IMG/VR virus record: IMGVR_UViG_3300038701_001337
Coordinates: 1 to 48,966 of that record
Source: a virus
Direction: 5' to 3' (one strand)
Length of the DNA stretch: 48,966 nt
The position numbers and the translations under genes are program-made. How positions within the stretch are numbered: the first letter of the stretch is position 1; the number at the start of each line of letters is the position of its first letter. Shown here in pieces: positions 8,631-17,436 of the stretch. The notes beneath the pieces were generated by a model that saw only the letters and a program-made list of their open reading frames with translations, had not been told where the DNA came from and did not search any database.

Positions 8631-10208
8631 TCAAAAATTATAGTCCAAAACTTTTGGATATTTTTCAGTTATGTTGACTTGTATCTCTTTTGGGCGCATC
8701 AGCAAATCTGAAATCTTGAATAATTCTGCAAGATTATCAGGTTTTTTCTGGTTTTTTGGCAATCTATACTTTACCCAATTCCGTGCCTTGTGGCCTGCAA
8801 AGCCCTTGTGATCATATGTTACCCACTCTTTGATTGTTGTTATTCCGCACTTATACTCAACTTTCAGCGAGCTTGTTGCGCCTTTCTTAGAGTGTATTGA
8901 ATAAGCAACAGATGTGACAGTCAACCATTTAACTGGCTCTTTCATTATTACATCTGCAGAGCTTGCTTTTGCTTTTATTTTCTCCTCAAATTGAAATTCA
9001 TAATCACAATTTTCACAGTGTTTTACCATTGCCCAGTTAAGCATCCCGCATTCTGGGCATTCTTTCATTATTGGCTCACCACCTTTTCCTTTCTTTTTTT
9101 GGCTTGGAACTTGGACGCAATTTATTGGCCCAAGATTCTCAACATTGCCAGCAAAATCCAATATCAAACAATTTGGCTTATCAGGGTGCACCCTAGCCCC
9201 ACGGCCAAGTTTCTGCACATGCTTTACTGGAGATTTAGTTGGTGCCAAGTCAACTATTAAATCAATTTGAGGAACATCAAACCCAGTTGTGAGAACATCA
9301 ACATTAACAACATAGTCATATTCAAGATTTTTTATCTTTGAAATTACTTCTTTTCTATCAATTTCCATCTTTGAATGAACCAAAGCAACTCTTTTGCCAT
9401 AGCTTAAAATTTCACTTGCTATGTTTTCTGCATGCTTTATATCAATTGCAAAAATCAATCCAAGCTTTCTATTTTTATCAAATGCCATGACTTCTTTTAT
9501 AGCTGCTTTTGTTATTGATTCTCTGTCAAATGCAATTGACAAATCTTTTTGATTATAATCACCTGCTGTTGTTCTAATTCCTTCTGATTTCGCATCTAGC
9601 TTCTCATCAGTTCCTTTCCCATACATAGGACTCAAAAAGCCTTCTTCAACAAGTCTATTATAATTTTTCATTGAAGATAAATCATAGACACACTTGTTAA
9701 ATAATGCACCCTCACCTTCCCATAGATAGCCGTGTTTTAGTCTGTAAGGCGTTGCAGTTAATCCAACATAGTTAGCTTCCAGAGATTCTAGAAGACTTCT
9801 ATACATCGTCTCGCTATTAATAGGAATTCTATGGCACTCATCAATTATTACAACATCAATATGCTGAAACATTTCAGGCTTTTTATAAATTGATTGAATG
9901 CCAGCAACTGTAATTTGCTCAATTGTTTTTGAGCTTAATCCAGCAGAGTAAAGGCCAATTTCAATCCCAAAGAAATTTTCCAATGCAGCGTGGTTTTGTT
10001 CTAAAATTTCACGAACATGTGAAAGTATCAAAATATTTGCAGTTGGGTGCTCTGATAGGTATAAATTGATCGTCTCACAGATTGTAAACGTCTTCCCACT
10101 TCCAGTTGGAAGAACAGCCACTGGATGGCTGCTCTTGTCTTCTTTGATTGAGTGAAATAAAGCCTTGCTGGATTCTACTTGATACCAACGAGCACTATAT
10201 TCAGACAT
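8631..10208 (-). CDS. SF2 DEAD/DEAH-box DNA helicase with C-terminal zinc ribbon
   Basis: Walker A LPTGSGKT, motif II DECH, TATP, QKLGRGAR; CPECG...CENC zinc ribbon. Confidence 0.85.
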   Translation of the reverse strand: MSEYSARWYQVESSKALFHSIKEDKSSHPVAVLPTGSGKTFTICETINLYLSEHPTANILILSHVREILEQNHAALENFFGIEIGLYSAGLSSKTIEQITVAGIQSIYKKPEMFQHIDVVIIDECHRIPINSETMYRSLLESLEANYVGLTATPYRLKHGYLWEGEGALFNKCVYDLSSMKNYNRLVEEGFLSPMYGKGTDEKLDAKSEGIRTTAGDYNQKDLSIAFDRESITKAAIKEVMAFDKNRKLGLIFAIDIKHAENIASEILSYGKRVALVHSKMEIDRKEVISKIKNLEYDYVVNVDVLTTGFDVPQIDLIVDLAPTKSPVKHVQKLGRGARVHPDKPNCLILDFAGNVENLGPINCVQVPSQKKKGKGGEPIMKECPECGMLNWAMVKHCENCDYEFQFEEKIKAKASSADVIMKEPVKWLTVTSVAYSIHSKKGATSSLKVEYKCGITTIKEWVTYDHKGFAGHKARNWVKYRLPKNQKKPDNLAELFKISDLLMRPKEIQVNITEKYPKVLDYNF

Positions 10209-10380
10209 ATAACCTCACAGCCTCTTTTATATAACCCTTCCCTAAATTAATACAATTTTCAATTGTATCATATGCTGCTTCTGCAGCTTTCCTGTCTTCA
10301 AAAGATAAAACATTTGAGTGTAGAGAACTTCCATTATAATATGCTATACAAATTATCAAAATTTTAAATTCACCCATCAT
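10201..10380 (-). CDS. Small hypothetical protein (about 59 aa)
   Basis: ORF with start adjusted to the ATG that overlaps the nuclease stop. Confidence 0.45.
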   Translation of the reverse strand: MMGEFKILIICIAYYNGSSLHSNVLSFEDRKAAEAAYDTIENCINLGKGYIKEAVRLYV

Positions 10381-11237
10381 AGCCCCCAGCCAAACTTGTG
10401 ATATCGGCAACCTTTTAGCTGTTCATCATAGGAAATTTCTTTTCCAGTTTTTGAACACTCCCACTTTCCATCATTGCAGATATCAGACTTTTCACATGTT
10501 CGGCAATTTCTCTCTGGTTTATCTTCACCATGGCAAATATCTTTATATTCACACCATCTGCAAGCAAACCAAGTTTTGCTAAATTTACAAGCTGGAATTT
10601 CCTCAGACATTATTATGCCACTTGCTTTTCTGACCATATCTTCAGCAAAGCCCTTGTCATAATAAACTCGCTCAAAATAATAATCAGAGTCATTTTTATT
10701 ATAAGCAGCATAAAGTGCTCTTGTTAATTTTGCATAATGCATATAAACTTGCATTTGTGCATAATGCAATGGCTTTGCTTCCTTAACTCCTTTCTTTGAA
10801 ACTTCTTTGAAAGATTTGTCATTATGGGTTTTCATTTCAAGCAAATGTTCTGTTTTTGGAGCCTCTGGCACATTGTTGACACGTCCATCACAGTGGCCTT
10901 TAAAGTGCCCTGCAACATCAACAAAGCCTTCTTGTTTTTCACCAATTGCACCAGTCATTTCAGAAATATTATCATCAAAGCGATAAAAACAATTTATTCC
11001 AATTGATTTTAAATCTGAGATAATATCAGCTTCAGAAGCGTGCCCAACACGGAAAATTCTATTGACTCTTGGTGTGAATGACTTTTTGACAGCCCAGTGA
11101 AAGCTTAACCATAATTTACGCTCACACTCATCACCAATTGAACTCATGCCAAGATATGGTCTTGGATTCTCAGGTTTAATCACCTTGCAATCAATTTTGT
11201 GCTTTGTTGTATTTTGGAATTCAGGAATTGCTACCAT
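10377..11237 (-). CDS. PD-(D/E)XK exonuclease, Cas4/RecB-like, with Cys clusters
   Basis: N-terminal Cys (GDECERKLW) plus CRWCEYKDIC, the typical Cas4-like Fe-S arrangement, and an extra C-terminal Cys cluster. Start set to ATG 11237 after AAAACTGGAG (the track start is TTG). Confidence 0.7.
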   Translation of the reverse strand: MVAIPEFQNTTKHKIDCKVIKPENPRPYLGMSSIGDECERKLWLSFHWAVKKSFTPRVNRIFRVGHASEADIISDLKSIGINCFYRFDDNISEMTGAIGEKQEGFVDVAGHFKGHCDGRVNNVPEAPKTEHLLEMKTHNDKSFKEVSKKGVKEAKPLHYAQMQVYMHYAKLTRALYAAYNKNDSDYYFERVYYDKGFAEDMVRKASGIIMSEEIPACKFSKTWFACRWCEYKDICHGEDKPERNCRTCEKSDICNDGKWECSKTGKEISYDEQLKGCRYHKFGWGL

Positions 11238-11239
11238 TT

Positions 11240-11518
11240 TCAATACTCCAGTTTTATATTTTCACATTCATTATTGTTTATTTTTGCAACCTCTTCAATT
11301 GCTGCAAATTTAATCTTTTCACAAAGATCAATTTCACCAATATTAATTCCAACAATTTTTGAATATCCAGCTGGGGTTTCATCTTCACCAACAAAGCCAA
11401 CGAGAAGTATTGCATCAAACCAAGGATTGAATCTTGAGCAACTTATGATAACTCTATATATTGTCTCTGGTTTCACTCTCAATTCTTTGTATGTTTTTGG
11501 CTTTTTGAAAAATTTCAT
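11240..11518 (-). CDS. Hypothetical protein (92 aa)
   Basis: ORF preceded by AAAACTGGAGAA. Confidence 0.6.
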   Translation of the reverse strand: MKFFKKPKTYKELRVKPETIYRVIISCSRFNPWFDAILLVGFVGEDETPAGYSKIVGINIGEIDLCEKIKFAAIEEVAKINNNECENIKLEY

Positions 11519-11603
11519 CTTTTTCTCCAGTTTTGGTATTTTCTATAGACTCACTAAAGCCCATAGAAAATAGGGCTATTTCTAGCCCTATTCTAGCCCC
11601 TTA

Positions 11604-12104
11604 TTAGAAGAGTTTCTTCTTGGCTGGCTTATCCCCTGTGCCAGAGCTAGAAGCACCTACAGAGCCATCTGCAGGCTTATAGCTGCGCACTTCATTTTTG
11701 GCATCTGTATAGCCTTGTTTCTTTTCTTTGTCACTTGGCCCCTTGACAATCAGCTTACACATCATTGGTTTTCCGTGCAGTTCAGCAGAATCCTGAATAA
11801 CAGACAGTCCAACTGCTTTACAAATTGATGTCAACTCTTTCTCTGCAATTTCAACTGCAGTTTGACTCTCATTGACAAGATTCAAATTGCGGAAAAACAT
11901 GCGGCCTTTTTGAGTTGGGCCAATTACTTCAAATTGAAGAGCGAGCATTTGACCAATTGATGGGTCTTCTGCATCTTTTGCTTTACTTGTCAATTTCATT
12001 TCTGATTTGATAATTTTAGCAAGGTATTCACCAGCAGGGATTGCTGTGAAATCGCCCATTTCTTCTTTGCCTTGGGTCTTAAATGCGCTTGGTAATAGTG
12101 CCAT
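11604..12104 (-). CDS. DUF669-type phage ssDNA-binding-like protein
   Basis: FTAIPAGEYLAKI...FRNLNL pattern and its position next to a Sak4-like ATPase are typical of DUF669. Confidence 0.6.
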   Translation of the reverse strand: MALLPSAFKTQGKEEMGDFTAIPAGEYLAKIIKSEMKLTSKAKDAEDPSIGQMLALQFEVIGPTQKGRMFFRNLNLVNESQTAVEIAEKELTSICKAVGLSVIQDSAELHGKPMMCKLIVKGPSDKEKKQGYTDAKNEVRSYKPADGSVGASSSGTGDKPAKKKLF

Positions 12105-12158
12105 GATAAATCTCTCTTTTCCAGTTAATATTTAATTTACATAAACTTTATTTGGTGT

Positions 12159-13394
12159 TTATGCTAGGCCAATTTCTTTTGCAGCTTCTTTGATATCTTC
12201 CATTGAGCTTTCAATAATCCACTCAACTAAAGTTTCAACATCTGCATCATCAGCAACTTCTTGATCAATTTCTTCATCAAGTTTAATTGCCAATCCAACC
12301 AAGTCTTGTTTGTCAAGAGTTTTCAAAGTTTCTGCAAAATCAGCTTTATCATCTCTTGCTTCTTCTTTCCCCTTTGACATTGCTTTTTGTGCTTTTAACT
12401 CAGCTTCAGTGGCACGCGGCTCTGCTTTTTCTTTGCTGTGCTTGTCAAAAACTACTTTTGTTACCTTAGCATAACCAGCTTCTAAAAAAGCTTCACGCTC
12501 ATTAATTGTTTCTGCTTGGCCACCATGGTTTATTTCTTCATTCCAATAATATTCTTTCTTGTTTAATTTGGAATCTGAATCAACAATGTCTTCAGAAATA
12601 GCTTTTTCCTTAGCTGCTGCAACTTCCATTTCTTTGACTTTTTCTTCAACTTCTTCACCAGTTTTTTCTTCAACAAATTTGCCACGAATTTTATCAGCAA
12701 TTCGCTTCAAGGAAGGGGCTTCAAATTTGTCCAATTTGCCAGAGCGGTCTTTTGCTTCAAATTGAATATCACGAGAAGTTTGCAATACGCGATAATCACC
12801 ACCATCTTCATCTTGAAGAACTCGCAAGCAAAGAACTTCATCAAATAAATAAGGTATTGAATTACCTAGTTTTGCACCTGGCATCATTGGTGAATATACA
12901 ACAAGACCAGAATAATCATCTTTGATTGGAGTTTGTTTTGATGCCATGTAGACATTATATGAAGGCAAATCACGGAATGCTCTTAACAATGAGCTAACAC
13001 GATTATAAAGCTCACCATATGCCTTGCGTGGGTCTTTTGCAGCTTCCAATTCATTTGCAAGAACCACTTCTGCAATTTCCGTGATGGAGTCTAGTGAAAT
13101 CCACTCCCATTGCGGGTCATCAATTTGATCAAGAAGCATCACATAAACTTCTTCAAGCTCTTCAATAGTTGCAACTTCAACAACATCACAAAGCTCTGGC
13201 ATAAAGTGCGGGTTAATCTCTTTCAACTCATCATTGTTCAAAGAAAGCAAACCTGACTCTGCTGAGATAATCAAAGTTGTTTCACAAGCAGTTGCTGCTA
13301 AAACAGTTTTACCAGTGCCAGCAGGGGCATGGACTAGAATCTTAATGCCATTGTCTTTGATGGCTTCTTTGACTTTAACAATTTTAATTGCCAT
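12159..13394 (-). CDS. Sak4-like RecA-fold AAA ATPase (recombination) with a long acidic C-terminal extension
   Basis: Walker A VHAPAGTGKT near the N-terminus, a core of about 230 aa, then about 180 aa rich in Glu, Lys and Asp. Confidence 0.7.
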   Translation of the reverse strand: MAIKIVKVKEAIKDNGIKILVHAPAGTGKTVLAATACETTLIISAESGLLSLNNDELKEINPHFMPELCDVVEVATIEELEEVYVMLLDQIDDPQWEWISLDSITEIAEVVLANELEAAKDPRKAYGELYNRVSSLLRAFRDLPSYNVYMASKQTPIKDDYSGLVVYSPMMPGAKLGNSIPYLFDEVLCLRVLQDEDGGDYRVLQTSRDIQFEAKDRSGKLDKFEAPSLKRIADKIRGKFVEEKTGEEVEEKVKEMEVAAAKEKAISEDIVDSDSKLNKKEYYWNEEINHGGQAETINEREAFLEAGYAKVTKVVFDKHSKEKAEPRATEAELKAQKAMSKGKEEARDDKADFAETLKTLDKQDLVGLAIKLDEEIDQEVADDADVETLVEWIIESSMEDIKEAAKEIGLA

Positions 13395-13397
13395 GTT

Positions 13398-13709
13398 TCA
13401 CTCTTCCTCATCTTCTACAAAATTATTTTCAGCAAAATCTAGATACTCAAGAATTTGCAACTTTTCACCAGCAGGTAGATTGAGAGAGTTATAAACAGCT
13501 CTTGCAATCTGCTTGTGTTTTAAATTAATTGGTGGAGAATTAAAATTGCCCTTTTGATCAATATAATAATAAAGACCAATTTTTGATATTGGTTCACCAG
13601 AGCCATTTTTATCAAAGAATTGAACATTATTATACAAATCAGCAATAGTTATACCATTGCCTGTGAGCTTTTTATATTCCTCATCAGTCAAACCAAAATG
13701 CTTTTGCAT
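13398..13709 (-). CDS. Hypothetical protein (103 aa)
   Basis: ORF preceded by the AACTGGAG motif. Confidence 0.6.
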   Translation of the reverse strand: MQKHFGLTDEEYKKLTGNGITIADLYNNVQFFDKNGSGEPISKIGLYYYIDQKGNFNSPPINLKHKQIARAVYNSLNLPAGEKLQILEYLDFAENNFVEDEEE

Positions 13710-13735
13710 TATATTTTACTCCAGTTACCAGTTGA

Positions 13736-13796
13736 AGCTTGTTAGGGCGTTTTGGTTTGTTTGAGACTGGAAACTCAAACTACACCCTAACAAGCT
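13736..13796 (-). other. Nested 61-nt stem-loop (12-bp outer stem, 7-bp inner stem)
   Basis: agcttgttaggg/ccctaacaagct encloses gtttgag/ctcaaac. Confidence 0.6.
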
Positions 13797-13835
13797 AGGT
13801 CTTTAATTATAAGGATTTTTAATTCCAATAAAAGT

Positions 13836-14213
13836 TTATTTCTTATCTTTAATACTCAATGTTGGAGCAGATGGTTTTTCAACAATGCAATCCCACAATT
13901 CTGATTTTTCTGAAATTTTTGCCAATGGAGTTTTGAGAAGGTTTGGTTTGAATTTAATGCAAGATTGCTCAAGCTCATCCAAATCACCCCAAATATTCTC
14001 AAGAATTTCTTCATCAAGAGATAAAGTTGTTTTTGAAGATGCTGTCAAAATAGAATGCCCAATATCAACTTTTTCAGTAAATTGACCTTGGCGGCCTTTG
14101 AATACTTCTTCACAAATTTCTTTGCGCAATTTCATTTCATCTGCTTTCATTTTCTTTAAAGCAGATTCCAAATCGCTCCAAGTTTCAATCTTTTCAGCTA
14201 ATGTTAATGCCAT
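13836..14213 (-). CDS. Hypothetical protein (125 aa)
   Basis: ORF in the co-directional gene array. Confidence 0.6.
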   Translation of the reverse strand: MALTLAEKIETWSDLESALKKMKADEMKLRKEICEEVFKGRQGQFTEKVDIGHSILTASSKTTLSLDEEILENIWGDLDELEQSCIKFKPNLLKTPLAKISEKSELWDCIVEKPSAPTLSIKDKK

Positions 14214-14214
14214 T

Positions 14215-14424
14215 TTATGATACCTTAATTTGATATAATTTTTTATTAAGACTTAATAATTGAATTGCATTATTTTGCTCTAATTCAAAAATCAAATCAA
14301 CAGTTGTTTCATATCCAAATTCACTTGCAATTATTGATAGTGAATTCTGATCAATTGTGTCCTTCCCTGTGCGCTTTCTACGCTTCAGCTGGTTTAATAT
14401 CTTTTTCACAATATTCCTTGTCAA
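14215..14424 (-). CDS. Hypothetical basic protein (69 aa)
   Basis: ORF; overlaps the upstream gene by 47 nt, so the start is uncertain. Confidence 0.45.
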   Translation of the reverse strand: MTRNIVKKILNQLKRRKRTGKDTIDQNSLSIIASEFGYETTVDLIFELEQNNAIQLLSLNKKLYQIKVS

Positions 14425-14665
14425 TTTCAGAAGATATTGAATTCATCATATCTTCATAGCCACCAATTGCTTCATCAAGCATTTCAATTTGTAAATTTTT
14501 ATCAAGAGAAAAATCTTGAGCATAGTCACTTGATAAAATTGCAGTTGTGCCAACAGTTGCCATTGCTTTTAAAACACAAGAAATCAATTTTGGTTGCTTT
14601 GATATTTCAAAACCAAGTTTTGTTAACTCGCGCTTAAACCTTGCAAAATCTTCATTTTCCTGCAT
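14378..14665 (-). CDS. Hypothetical protein (95 aa)
   Basis: ORF in the co-directional array. Confidence 0.55.
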   Translation of the reverse strand: MQENEDFARFKRELTKLGFEISKQPKLISCVLKAMATVGTTAILSSDYAQDFSLDKNLQIEMLDEAIGGYEDMMNSISSEIDKEYCEKDIKPAEA

Positions 14666-14975
14666 TTAAATTGTGACCTTCTGCTGTGCTTACATATGTA
14701 TCAATATGCTGGCCATCAGGGAGCCAAACACGGATTTTCTTCACAGTTGTGAAAAATGAAGTTGTGCCAATGTTTGAATATTCAAGACCATTTACAAACT
14801 CATAACATTGATATGTTGAGCTGAGATGATCTATCATTCTTTGGTCATTGTTTACTTGTGCAGTCACAAGCGTGTCATAAAGCTCTTCACTATTACAACC
14901 AATTGTGTTTTTAGTTACTGCTGCTGTTGCTTGAGTTGCCATCAACAGACTTGCAATTATCAGAAGTTTTTTCAT
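14652..14975 (-). CDS. Secreted or periplasmic hypothetical protein with signal peptide
   Basis: MKKLLIIASLLMATQATAA signal-like N-terminus; start set to ATG 14975 with GGAG 10 nt upstream. Confidence 0.6.
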   Translation of the reverse strand: MKKLLIIASLLMATQATAAVTKNTIGCNSEELYDTLVTAQVNNDQRMIDHLSSTYQCYEFVNGLEYSNIGTTSFFTTVKKIRVWLPDGQHIDTYVSTAEGHNLNAGK

Positions 14976-15078
14976 TTTCAATTTCTCCACCACATTGCCA
15001 GCAAGTGGTATCAGTTTTATAAACAGAGTTCAAACAATGAGGGCAAATAACTTGCCCTTTATATGGCTCATCATTCAT
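14911..15078 (-). CDS. Small zinc-ribbon protein (55 aa, CPHC-x14-CWQC); below the ORF-track length cutoff
   Basis: My own translation: MNDEPYKGQVICPHCLNSVYKTDTTCWQCGGEIENEK... GGAG lies 6 nt upstream, and the ATG sits in an ATGAATGA overlap with the upstream stop. Confidence 0.4.
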   Translation of the reverse strand: MNDEPYKGQVICPHCLNSVYKTDTTCWQCGGEIENEKTSDNCKSVDGNSSNSSSN

Positions 15079-16015
15079 CTTTAACTCCATGAAGAATCTT
15101 CATTGCATCTTGTAATAAATTAATTTCAGTACCAAGATGCTCTGCTAACATATTAATTGCATTTTTCTTTACAGTCTTTTGTTGAATTTCAAGAAGGTGA
15201 TCATTGAACTTATCTTCACGTAAATTCATTTCATTGTAATTTGACATATCTACTTTTTGCACAATCCATTGATAGTTGATATTTGAATCAACATCAATAT
15301 TTGGAACTTTGTGCACTTCAGTAACAATAGCAATAGTTAAGCCAGAGTGCTCACCTTGGATTTGATAGTTTGGCGTGTTCACAACAGCATAATCACCAAC
15401 TTTGAAATCTTCCGTGGTTTTGTAGGTGTATGTTTTATTTCCATCTGAAAAATGAACGCCGATTGTTTTGCAATTTTCCATCAATACAGCTGCAATATTT
15501 TTAGTCTTCATGTTTTGTTCTCCAGTTTTGTTTTCTTCAATTTCAACCACTTTTGAGTGGCAATTAGGATTCTGCAATTTTACGTTTAAATTTTTACCAA
15601 TTAAATTCCTAAAATCCATTCGATTTTGATTAATTGACTTAAATCTGTCATCTAAATCAGAAAATAAATTTAACAATTTATTTGCGCGATAAAAATTCAT
15701 ATTGCCTTTCACAATGCCTTCTTCTGGAATATCACCACAATCAAGTAAAATATTCCAAGTATATTTAAGATGAGTCTTATGTGACTCATGATCAGCAATC
15801 CTAACAGAACCCATCTTTGTATCTTTGAATTTCAAATAAACAGAATCATACTTTGAAATATGATAAATCCAGACACCATATTTTTCCATTGCGTTTATTA
15901 CTGATTTGGCAATAATCTTTATCTTTTTATTATTTATTTGATTAAGATTCCAATTTCTTGCAATTTCAAAATTGCCAAGCATTTGTTCACACTTGAATTC
16001 ATCAGAGACTCGCAT
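15071..16015 (-). CDS. Hypothetical two-part protein (314 aa) with a candidate internal start at 15511
   Basis: Continuous ORF. An in-frame AAAACTGGAGAACAAAAC-ATG at 15530..15509 marks the boundary to a 146-aa C-terminal module. Confidence 0.6.
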   Translation of the reverse strand: MRVSDEFKCEQMLGNFEIARNWNLNQINNKKIKIIAKSVINAMEKYGVWIYHISKYDSVYLKFKDTKMGSVRIADHESHKTHLKYTWNILLDCGDIPEEGIVKGNMNFYRANKLLNLFSDLDDRFKSINQNRMDFRNLIGKNLNVKLQNPNCHSKVVEIEENKTGEQNMKTKNIAAVLMENCKTIGVHFSDGNKTYTYKTTEDFKVGDYAVVNTPNYQIQGEHSGLTIAIVTEVHKVPNIDVDSNINYQWIVQKVDMSNYNEMNLREDKFNDHLLEIQQKTVKKNAINMLAEHLGTEINLLQDAMKILHGVKDE

Positions 16016-16016
16016 A

Positions 16017-16286
16017 CTAAACCTCTTTCAATCTATAGTGAAATATTTTGCGAAATTGAGGAAGTCCCATTTGTGTTTGCTTAACTGAAACTTTCTTTCT
16101 TGTTAGCAAATTCTTTTTGAAAAGATTTGCTAAAACATATCGCACATTTTGAGCAATGCTGAATGACTCACAATTAAGCTTTCTATAATGTGCAAGCAAG
16201 TCATCATCATTTGAAATTATATATTTTCTTGAATTTGTTTTGAAAAATTCAAGCATGTGTTCTTCAGTTGTTGATAATTTTTGCAT
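16017..16286 (-). CDS. Hypothetical protein (about 89 aa)
   Basis: Start set to ATG 16286, which is preceded by AAACTGGAGAA. Confidence 0.55.
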   Translation of the reverse strand: MQKLSTTEEHMLEFFKTNSRKYIISNDDDLLAHYRKLNCESFSIAQNVRYVLANLFKKNLLTRKKVSVKQTQMGLPQFRKIFHYRLKEV

Positions 16287-16287
16287 A

Positions 16288-16509
16288 TCACTTCTCCAGT
16301 TTGACAACTTCCAAATGATTCAACTCATTCACTTGGTAAAATCTGTGACCAAATATAGTTTGTTTCATATGGTCAATTGAAGTTGAATTGCAATTCATGA
16401 TTCTGCACCACTCTTCATGACCTATATAGATACAACATTCTTCATTTGGCTTTTTTGAATTTTTAGCAATATTGGAAAGCAATTCCCAAATTTTATTAAG
16501 AATTTCCAT
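16288..16509 (-). CDS. Hypothetical protein (73 aa)
   Basis: ORF tightly packed between its neighbours. Confidence 0.55.
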   Translation of the reverse strand: MEILNKIWELLSNIAKNSKKPNEECCIYIGHEEWCRIMNCNSTSIDHMKQTIFGHRFYQVNELNHLEVVKLEK

Positions 16510-16943
16510 TACTCAAAAACCTCATCTTTAATGCCAAAATGACGCACAGCAATTCTGTACATATTTTTATATATTTCTTCAGGAGTTGGATTATATTCAA
16601 TCGTCAAATCTTCAATCAAGCCACCTTCCAAATCCAATATCAAATCAATTGCATCAAGATGTATTTTTTGAAATTTCTCTAAATCTAGATTATAGCCTCT
16701 TGAATCCAACTCGTTCTTTATCATTACATATCTGCAAATAAGCCAGTCTAGCTTGTTGTAGAAAAATTTACAATGTCCAGCACCTAGCACATATTCACTT
16801 GGAATGTCTTTCACATCTGCAATAGTTTTGCCAGATGCATAGAGCTTGCGCACTGCTGTGAATATCCGTGGCAGTTCTTTGTATTCTGCCATTAGGTGCT
16901 TATTAGTCAACGCTGATTGGTCAACTAGGTTGATGCGTGTCAT
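16509..16943 (-). CDS. denV: Pyrimidine-dimer DNA glycosylase (T4 endonuclease V family)
   Basis: N-terminus MTRINLV...LTNKHLMAEYKELPRIF.AVRK...LGAGHCKFFYNKL closely parallels T4 DenV ([33 protein letters not shown]). Confidence 0.85.
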   Translation of the reverse strand: MTRINLVDQSALTNKHLMAEYKELPRIFTAVRKLYASGKTIADVKDIPSEYVLGAGHCKFFYNKLDWLICRYVMIKNELDSRGYNLDLEKFQKIHLDAIDLILDLEGGLIEDLTIEYNPTPEEIYKNMYRIAVRHFGIKDEVFE

Positions 16944-17035
16944 TTGTAAACTCTCCAGTTTGGATAAGGGCTGGCAACCTTATCAATTCATTTAACTGCC
17001 AGCAATGTTACTATACGCCCAATTAACTTTGAAAT

Positions 17036-17365
17036 CTAGTATTCAATATGCCAACCCCAAAGAGGCGCACCAAGTTTCTTGTTTGTTTCTTGAAATTGTC
17101 TTATTAATTTTGATAAACCAAAATTTGAAATCTGCTGGTTGACAATTTGGCTCTTAAACTCCCAACCATCTAGTTGGCAATAAATGCGCAAGACTCGTTT
17201 GTTTTTGACCTTCTCCCAGAAATCAAGCACACCACGGTCAAAATCATCAAAATCACAAGATGATTCTGCAGTCTTAACCATTTTTTCAAGTGACCATTTG
17301 CCATCATTGTAAAATTCACGCTCTGCAGCTTTATAGCCTCTGTCACGCCCAGTAAGTAGTGCCAT
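17036..17365 (-). CDS. Hypothetical protein (109 aa)
   Basis: ORF; the 24-nt promoter box lies 29 nt upstream. Confidence 0.6.
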   Translation of the reverse strand: MALLTGRDRGYKAAEREFYNDGKWSLEKMVKTAESSCDFDDFDRGVLDFWEKVKNKRVLRIYCQLDGWEFKSQIVNQQISNFGLSKLIRQFQETNKKLGAPLWGWHIEY

Positions 17366-17408
17366 CTTATCTCTCCAATTAAACTAAACTTCCAACCCTA
17401 TGTCAATC

Positions 17409-17436
17409 ATTATACTTCAATTTTGAACAAAGTCTA
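17409..17436 (-). promoter_or_regulatory. Putative promoter (TAGACT-N16-TATAAT) in the second copy of the 24-nt box
   Basis: AAGTATAATGATTGACATAGGGTT is repeated exactly at 17394..17417 (minus-strand reading). Confidence 0.35.
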
